Positions 56,030 to 64,000 of a stretch of 64,000 bases of DNA are shown here, piece by piece. Source of the DNA: Macrostomum lignano (taxonomy: Eukaryota); the NCBI GenBank assembly GCA_002269645.1, contig NIVC01000006.1:620001-684000 (forward strand), read 5' to 3'. The notes under the pieces are model-generated. The model was not told the DNA's origin and searched no databases. It worked only from the letters and a program-made list of their open reading frames with translations. Position 1 is the first letter of the stretch. Each line of letters opens with the position of its first letter. Position numbers and translations under genes: made by a program.

Positions 56030-57235
56030 CTCCATTGACTAGACCTCCGCATCCTCATCAACTAGACCTCCGCATCCTCATTAACTATACCTCCGCATCC
56101 TCATTAACTCGACCTCCGCATCCTCATCAACTAGACCTCCGCATCCTCATCAACTAGTCAGAATCCTTCATTAACTAGACATCCGCATCCTCAACAACTA
56201 GTCAGCATCCTTCATTAACTAGACCTCACCATCCTCATCAACTAGACCTCATCATCCTCATCAACTGGTCAGCATCCTCATCAACTGGACCTCCGCATCC
56301 TCATTAACTAGACCTCCGCATCCTCATTAACTAGACCTCCGCATCCTCATCAACTAGTCAGCATCCTTCATCAACTAGACCTCACCATCCTCATCAACTA
56401 GACCTCATCATCCTCCATCAACTGGTCAGTATCCTCATTAACTAGACCTCCGCATCCTCATCAACTAGACCTCCGCATCCTCATTAACTTAGACCTCCGC
56501 ATCCTCATCAACTAGTCAGCATCCTTCATCAACTAGACCTCACCATCCTCATCAACTAGACCTCATCATCCTCATTAACTAGACCTCCGCATCCTCATCA
56601 ACTAGACCTCCGCATCCTCATTAACTAGACCTCCGCATCCTCATCAACTTGACGCTCAGCATCCTTCATCAACTAGACCTCATTATATCCTCATCGACTA
56701 GTCAGCGGCCAGCATCCTTCATGAACTAGACCTCATTATATCCTCATCGACTAGTCAGCGGCCAGCATCCTTCATGAACTAGACCTCATTATATCCTCAT
56801 CGACTAGTCAGCGGCCAGCATCCTTCATGAACTAGACCTCATTATATCCTCATCGACTAGTCAGCGGCCAGCATCCTTCATGAACTAGACCTCATTATAT
56901 CCTCATCGACTAGTCAGCGGCCAGCATCCTTCATGAACTAGACCTCATTATATCCTCATCGACTAGTCAGCGGCCAGCATCCTTCATGAACTAGACCTCA
57001 TTATATCCTCATCGACTAGTCAGCGGCCAGCATCCTTCATGAACTAGACCTCATTATATCCTCATCGACTAGTCAGCGGCCAGCATCCTTCATGAACTAG
57101 ACCTCATTATATCCTCATCGACTAGTCAGCGGCCAGCATCCTTCATGAACTAGACCTCATTATATCCTCATCGACTAGTCAGCGGCCAGCATCCTTCATG
57201 AACTAGACCTCAGCATCTTTATCAGCTGGACACTC
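56030..57235. repeat. Compound minisatellite: mixed 21-23-bp monomers (56030-56680), then a homogeneous 53-bp unit (~10 copies, 56680-57210)
   Basis: Monomers ACTAGACCTCCGCATCCTCATCA and ACTAGTCAGCATCCTTCATCA. The 53-bp unit is ACTAGACCTCATTATATCCTCATCGACTAGTCAGCGGCCAGCATCCTTCATGA. Confidence 0.92.
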
Positions 57236-57699
57236 ATCATCCTTCATCAACTACGAGTATCTAACACTTCAACGAAGTTGCTGAATCGATTAAATAAATG
57301 ATATACTATAAGTATATCATTGATCAAACTCTAGACTTAATCACTGTCTCAATAATCCCGGTTACTGAAAGATAAATTCCGTCTCTGACAGGTCAAGGAC
57401 GCCAAAACAGCGTAGGCGAACTTCAATGCACTTTTAGTCTACACGCTTTTATTAACATCGAATGCAGGCCCAGCCCAAGCATGTCATAAAAGGTAATTAG
57501 ATTCAGTGGACAAACAAGCATTCTACCTACATACGTTACAACAAAATTATCATCAATTAAAGGAACTGAGTAAACATTCCCACGCGTTGAAGTTCAGGCC
57601 TGCATTAGCAAATCCCACTTGAGCGTCTGCAACTTACTCACAGAGTTACAGGAGCTCTAAAGGCTAGTCAAATATTGTAACTCTATCCATCCATTCCAG

Positions 57700-58752
57700 T
57701 CAAACGCATCTTCGACTAGCGCATCGCTTGAGGCCTATGAAATCTTCTACAGACTCGTGTTTTCCTGGCTCTTTCCACTGCTGATGCTGTTCGGAACCTG
57801 GGGAAATTTCTCCTGCCTGCTGGTGCTGTTAAAGAGGCCCAAGTGCTTTCCACTCTCAGTGAGACTCAGCATGCTCATCTGCTGCGTTATCGATTTTTTA
57901 CTAGTCTCTGTCAAGTCAGTGACGCACTATCTATCCCCCAACGTGATGGGAACCATTCTAATGGTGCACGACTACAGAAAGAACACGAGCCACTTTGTGT
58001 GCATCGTTTATTACGCCGTCACCTTCTGACTGCTGCACGGCAGTCCCTTCATCCGGCTGGGGCTGTGCTTTCACTCGCTGGCGGTCACTCTGTCCCCGCT
58101 GAGGCAGGCCAGTCTGCTTCGGAAGCGGAATGTGATCATCTACCAGCTGGTGCTGCTCCTGCTCAGCTTTGTGCCATGCATCCGGGTAGCCAGCTCGTTC
58201 TGGTCCACCAGATCAGACCGTTGTCTGTTCCGCAACGATTCAATTGAAGTTTTCTATCGGATTTTCATTGTTTTTGTGAGCAGACTTTTTGTTGTCTGCT
58301 GTCTGCTGGTCACGCTGCTGATTATCTTGATTAGCATGAGGCGCACGAGGCAACAACTTGGCGGCTCGGTGGTCTCTGGGGTCAGGAGCGGGCCGCAGAC
58401 AAAGACTGTCACCAGCATCTTTGTTTCGACCAGTCTGATCTTTTTTGCTTGCGAAATGCCCTACAATGTGGCCAGGGCCCTGGCCAACCTAGAGCTGGTC
58501 AAGGAAAGTGTTTCCATAAAGCAGACGCTGCTCATGCTAAACAACCTGCTGTACCTGAATCCGGCGCTAAACTGGATGCCCTACCTGATTGGCCGCAAGT
58601 TTCGACGCTTGTACACCGAGTTTTACAGCTGCAACAAGTGCTGCCGAAGCAGAGCAACCAACGTCCATGGACAGAGACGCGAGCATATTCTGATGCCAGA
58701 GAGCTCTGTTCAAAGAAATAACCTTGATAATGAGCAGGTGTACACTTACTGA
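57700..58752 (+). pseudogene. GPCR-4: 7TM paralog with an in-frame TGA (58027-58029) at a Trp conserved in TM3 of the paralogs
   Basis: ORFs 57757-58029 and 58132-58752 share one frame; the sequence reads TF*LLHGSP versus TIWLLHGSP / TFWLVHGSP. Acceptor ttccag| at 57700; start exon not located. Confidence 0.8.
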
Positions 58753-59094
58753 CTGCTGAGACTGAAGTAATTTCCGTGCTGTTTGATGACCATGAGCTCA
58801 AAAAGCAATTAAATAGACAGTTTGAAATCTTAAAATGTTATCTGCGAAACCATCTATTAGCTCTTACGGCAAAATATCCCCTGTAGCACCGTCCCATTCT
58901 CCTGTCTTTCTCCCATAGTGAGGAGTCTTGCTTCTATTGCAATTTTAATCTCTATGAACCCCTATTACTCGTAGTATCATAGCTAACAGATTTGCTTGCC
59001 TCTTTCTTTTTATTTTCTGTATTTTTTACGGTATTTTATCTGCTAATAAAATGCTTCATTTTAAATGTTTTCTAATCTCTACTATTAAAACAAT

Positions 59095-59375
59095 AATTCT
59101 AAAAAATAATAATTTATTACACCTACCCTAATAGGGAGATGTCCAACCGACAACTCAGCCGCAGTTATTGCTGCGCACGGTTGTTCAGTCCAAGGACTGG
59201 GGGGTCGCCACACACCCTCAAATACCCCAGCTAATGCTGTCACCCATTTTACAGCTGGGTGAACTGAAGCAATACAGAGTTAAGTGTCTTGCTCAAGGAC
59301 ACAAATTGTTCCGAGTGGGGTCGAGAATCGAACCCTCGACCTTTCGGTCATGAGTCCGTCCGTCTCTATACATGA
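59095..59375 (-). mobile_element. tRNA-derived SINE with a CORE/V-like central domain
   Basis: Minus strand: B-box GGTTCGATTC (59334-59325), then GTGTCCTTGAGCAAGACACTTAAC and CAGTTCACCCAGCTGTAAAATGGGT, ending in an AT-rich tail near 59100. Confidence 0.72.
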
Positions 59376-60054
59376 GCGAGTACATGATTTCCTTTTCTCT
59401 CTGTCTCCCGCCCAACTTGCGCGATCCCCCCTTCTCACCCAGTCTTCTCACCCACATTTTTCACTGTTATTACTTCTATTTCTACGATTTCACCTACAGT
59501 GTGCATGCACTCACCCACTCTTTCCCCAACTGCTCACGCAACTCCCCTATTGTTGGCTCTCTTTCCCCACCGCTCAGCATTTTCTTCTGTTGTATTACTC
59601 TAAGTACACATCTTCATACATTGGCCTCCCTAATCCTTCCTAAGTTTCTACGTCGTAGTTGGTTCGCACAGCCTTGCACACCCCATTTGCACATTTTTTT
59701 ATCTACTGTTCAACCAGTTACTTTCCTCTTCATTTAGATCTTTTTCGATAATCGTCCCCATTGTTCCTGGTTTGCTCCTTTGTTCTCTGACCCTCTATCT
59801 CTACCGGACCCCCGAATTGCGTCACTGTCTACTTGAATGCGCCCACCTCCCTCCAAATCTTCATTCTCCCTCATTTACGAGCGTATCACGGGTGACCCGA
59901 AAGATAATATTTTTTTTAGAAACAGGTCAGTGACGTCAGAAGACCGGGGCCGATCAGAAAGAGGGAATCATGGCAACGACCTTTGAGAGCATCTCGTGAC
60001 CAACTAAACACCTTTTGAACACCAATGAAAGTATGCGTAAGGAAGTCTGAAAAC

Positions 60055-60376
60055 CTGCCCACTGATCACCCTGATGGTGATTCTGGTCAGTGTGAAGAGC
60101 ACCCGCAAGCAGCTGGGTGGCTCGGTCACCACATACGGAGGTTTACGACTTGGCTGTCAGACCAAGACCGCGACCAAAATCTTTGGCTCGAACGGCCTCA
60201 TCTTCTTTGCTTGTGAGAGTCCTTACAGCATTATGAGAGCCCTGATCAACCTGAATATCGTAGAGGAAAGTGAAGAACTAGTCGATATATGTTGTTCTCC
60301 TGAATATGCTCTGAGGTACCTCAATTCCGTGCTATACTGGCTAACCTTACCTCATCGAATAAATTTTCGTCAATAG
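60055..60376 (+). pseudogene. GPCR-5 fragment (TM5-TM7 only)
   Basis: LMVILVSVKSTRKQLGGSV...QTKTATKIF...LIFFACESPYSIMRALINL is homologous to GPCR-1 to -4; TM1-4 are absent and TM7 is degenerate. Confidence 0.7.
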
Positions 60377-61380
60377 CGGAATTTTCGGAATTTCATCATT
60401 GATAGTATATTTTTGAAACTCTGAATACTCCTTCAGATAATTCTAGAATAGGAAACGACGTAAAAACTTGTATCTCCAGCGCATTTTTGGTGAATAGAAA
60501 TGATTTCTAATGTAGGAAACAATTTCGAAAAATACGCAAAATCGTCTGCCGTATTTAAAACAAAACATTTAAATCAGATAAAAGTAAGTTTCATAGGCGA
60601 GCTGACGATACTCATAGGCGAGCTGACGATATAGCAAGAGACGCATGCAGTGCAAGATGTCAGGAAACAAAATAGTACATACGAGCTACTTCATAGAAGG
60701 TGAAAAGGTTCGTATTGTCAGTGGCATTCATTTTGAAATAGCTATAAGCAAAACGAGAAACGAGTTAAAAGCGCGATCAAAGTTAGTGCACCACAAAAGC
60801 AAAAGCAGTATAATAGTTTTTATAGTAATTACGATGCTCTCGGTTGAAGCACGAGTGTCTTTTGATGTATGAAAACAGTAGCAGTAAACTAAAATTAACT
60901 TCATTCATTTTTATCTAGAAAAATTCCATAACCACTTTTTGACAAATGGGTAAAGCAGACAGAATAACAAAAATCTTCTAATGGTTAGCAGGCGTCAACA
61001 TCGTCGACAGGCCCGTGTGAGCCACGTGCCAAAAAGTCACTGACATTAAGCAATTTAGCAGATACTCGGAAGGCAAATAAGTCATTTTTATAGTTTCAAT
61101 CATTACTTATTTAAACAGAGCGAAAGAGCTTTGACAATTTCACAAAAAAATTGTTGCGAGTGACACCTAATTACTAAAGAAATATAAATTGGCTACTTTT
61201 ATTGTTTGCAAACATGCAGAAAACTAAGGCTTTCCTTAGAGCTAGCTATATCTAATAAAAAAAATGATGTAAAGACGTCATAATTATGATTTCACCTATC
61301 TGTAGGTAGCAGAAACTAGTTAAAAATTAGCATAAAGATGCCTAATTAGTTATTTTACAATCACACAGTTTCGAAGAGGT

Positions 61381-64000
61381 CTATCGTAGAGGTGGAAACC
61401 TCAGTCTTTTCCTATTTGTCGATCGGTAGCACGCGATCGTCCTGTTTTCATTGGTTGCTGCTGTGGTGTGCGATGCGAACGGCAACACTGACATCAGGTC
61501 GTCGTTCATCAAATCGAACTGGTTAATAAGTATGTTGCACAGCGTCAGAATGAATCTTCCAGAACACATGCTCCCTTTGACAACACTATGGATGTACAGA
61601 CAGTCCTCATGTTGACCTACGTTCAGGTCGCCGACGCTTCGAGCCACTGTTCGCGCCTGAACATTGCCTCGGTTTGCTTGAACAATAAAAACCTTGGGCT
61701 TGTTTTTCAGCTGCGGGCACATTCTGAACTGTTTGTACACATTTTTCAGTGAGACGCGACTTCCGTCAGCTGAGTACACGTAGCCCTGCTCTCCGTGCGA
61801 CAGGATGCAAAGAACAAGGGCGTCCTCCTCAGCGTACTCTTCTGGCTGCCGGTCAATCGTCAGGAGGTGACCGAAGGTCTCATGAGACGGGTTATTCAAG
61901 CTGAGGACGTCGAAGCCTAGCCGACTAAAGCAAATATAAAAACTATCGTCCATGAGAGATCGCGGTGGAAGATTTGTCTCTGGTGGAAAATTAGTGACTT
62001 GTATTAGGATGGCTCTTCCGCGACGTGCACTTTGCATCGGATAGTACGGAGAAGAATCTGGATCGTCTGGACCACCACCATCATCGCCACCACCGCCACC
62101 ACCTCCACCACCACCACCGCCATCATCGCCACCACCACCACCGCCACCATCGCCACCACCACCACCGCCATCTCCGCCGTGGCCGTTGCCTCTGTCGCTT
62201 GGCTCCTCCACAGGAGAGTTGGATGGATCGCCGCTCTCTTCAGGTTGGTAGCCGCAGCCAGTTTCGCTATCAATACTTAATCCACTTTCGCTTCCTTCGC
62301 TTGTTGGAGCGCGCTGTAATCTAAAATTATAATATTTTTTATTGTCTGTGTTTGAATACTAATCCAAAGTAACTACAAGATCAAGATGCAATAGCAAATA
62401 ACTTACATCAAGCGTGAACAGTTGAGGTGACCCGAAAACTTCGCCCATTGATAAGCGTTCATATTCCTCTCTCCGGTCAGGCGCCAATAGTTCGCGTCTT
62501 TCATCAACTCTCCGAATATTTCAATGACCTCGATGTGGCCGCAGCGAGCAGCCCAGATCAGAGGTGTGTTGCCGAAGCAATCTTTCAGCCATAAATTTGC
62601 TCCGAAGTCACACAACATTTTGAAAGTTCCTGCGTGTCCCTTTTTCGCTGCGTGGACGGCAGCTGAGTATTTAAAAACGTCCTGAAAAACAATTGCATTT
62701 TCTTAGGGTTTCATTCATACCAAAAAGGTTTAAATTTTTAACCTCACCTGGCAATCTATATCAGCTTGCATTTTGATGAGCTGCTCCAAAACAGATTTCT
62801 GGTCATTTATGGCCGCCAGAATCAGCGGGGTTTGTCGAAGATTATCTTCTCTATTTACTTCTGTCGTCATAGTGCTAGCGTTGTTTGTCAATATTTTCTC
62901 AAACGCTATCAGGACTTCTTTGTGGCCTTTGAGGGCGGCCCAGGAAATGGCTGTCCGACCCATTACATCCTGGACACTGACCAGGGATGTGTCAGAATTT
63001 CTATTGAGCAGCGATAGTACCAGGTCATGTTTGCCTCTGGCGGATGCGATTGTTAGCAGAGTCTGATTCAAAGTCCCAAACTTGTGGGCTGTATTCTCCT
63101 GAGATCTGCACAGGGCTGCAAGCTGCGCGTCCGACCACTTATCCGGGGACGCAGAGCTGAATATCCTAATTTGTGATGCGATAGATGGATGTAATGGATG
63201 TGATACGAGTATCTTTCACTTTTGATAGCCCCAGATGTATAGCATTTTATTTGTCTATCTAATAAAATAACAATTAAAACATCAAATGGAATTTTATTAT
63301 CAATGGTTGCTAATAAAGTTTGTACTTAAGAGATTAAAGCAGTGGTATCTGCGGATGTCTAAAACCAAGAAACATGGCTAACAGTGACAATAACTTACTG
63401 CACATCGTCAGATGCAGCGCTATTCAAGAAGAATTTCTTGGTCAGACTGGTGACTGCAGAAGCTTCAGTACCGAATTTTTCGGATCCACCTTTCATCTCG
63501 GGTATGCCCAGCCGCCTGTTCACCTCTGCCACCACGTTCACAATGTGCTCTTTGCTGAATATTTCCTCTTGAACGACGGAGCATAGAACCTCAGCAAGCG
63601 ATCCATTCTCTCCTAGTGAGCCACCGCGGCAGAGAAGAAAGTCTTTCTCAGGAAGTTTAAACGACGTCTCTTCCAGCGGGCAGGCGTTCAGGGTTTCAGG
63701 CTGCTGCTCAGTCTGAACAAAGAAGATCTTCGGTTTGCCCTTTAGAAAGGAGCACTGGTTGACTCGGAACCTGGCCACGATGTCTCTTACTTCGACCTCT
63801 TCACCGTCGCTAGCGAAGAAGCTGGCACCGGTCCCGTGTCCGATGATGAAGCACACGAAGCTGCCCATGTCGGGGAGATCGGACCTGACTATTTTGTTGA
63901 CCGCTGCAAAGATGTCAGCGCTAGTAGGCTTACTTGTGCATTGTTGGATTGTAAAACCAAGGTTTTCGAAGGTGTCGGTAATTATTTTAACTTCCTTCTG
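61381..64000 (-). CDS. Gene C (5' part outside the window): pseudo-caspase / ankyrin repeats / poly-Gly linker / catalytically dead caspase
   Basis: Exons >64000-63399, 63156-62748, 62681-62407, 62320-61381, with phases 2,0,2 as in genes A and B. Pseudo-caspase IGHG..QTEQ; terminal caspase LSHG..QANRG (Cys to Asn). Confidence 0.85.
62065..62185 (-). repeat. Coding GGT/GGC trinucleotide repeat (poly-Gly interrupted by Asp) in the gene C linker
   Basis: GGDGGGGGGDGGGGGGDDGGGGGGGGGGGDDGGG. Confidence 0.9.

Noticed and set aside
59320-59375. tRNA gene
   Set aside because: It has a B-box but no complete cloverleaf and runs into SINE body sequence.

Overview
Eukaryotic (invertebrate-like) genomic DNA with GT-AG introns, many minisatellites and about 45% GC. 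It is compatible with a flatworm such as Macrostomum, but that is only an impression. MAIN RESULT: the separate kinase, caspase-like and ankyrin ORFs in the ORF track are exons of one 8-exon gene. Canonical splice sites join them in frame into a ~1,075-1,080 aa protein: N-[protein kinase-like]-[pseudo-caspase, no catalytic Cys]-[~6 ankyrin repeats]-[Gly/Ser/Asp linker]-[caspase]-C. The window holds gene A (minus, 2941-8473), a duplicate A' (25749-30794, 1-nt frameshift), gene B (plus, 31512-37073, intact, 1073 aa), a truncated B copy (9196-10169) and gene C (minus, 61381 to the window edge). A and B sit head-to-head about 720 bp apart. The paralogs differ in which catalytic residues survive, and every domain module is bounded by phase-2 introns. 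OTHER CONTENT: a ~10 kb segmental duplication (1-10169 = 22746-32487); a one-ended Polinton/Maverick (adintovirus-like) fragment with major capsid, basic core-like protein, penton, integrase, PC4-like protein and a candidate terminus; a secreted PAN/Apple + LamG-like gene; a cluster of five orphan rhodopsin-like GPCRs showing gene conversion and pseudogenisation; a decayed piggyBac; two MITEs; a SINE; a LINE RNase H relic; and about nine tandem-repeat arrays. All exon models were derived by hand and have no transcript support.
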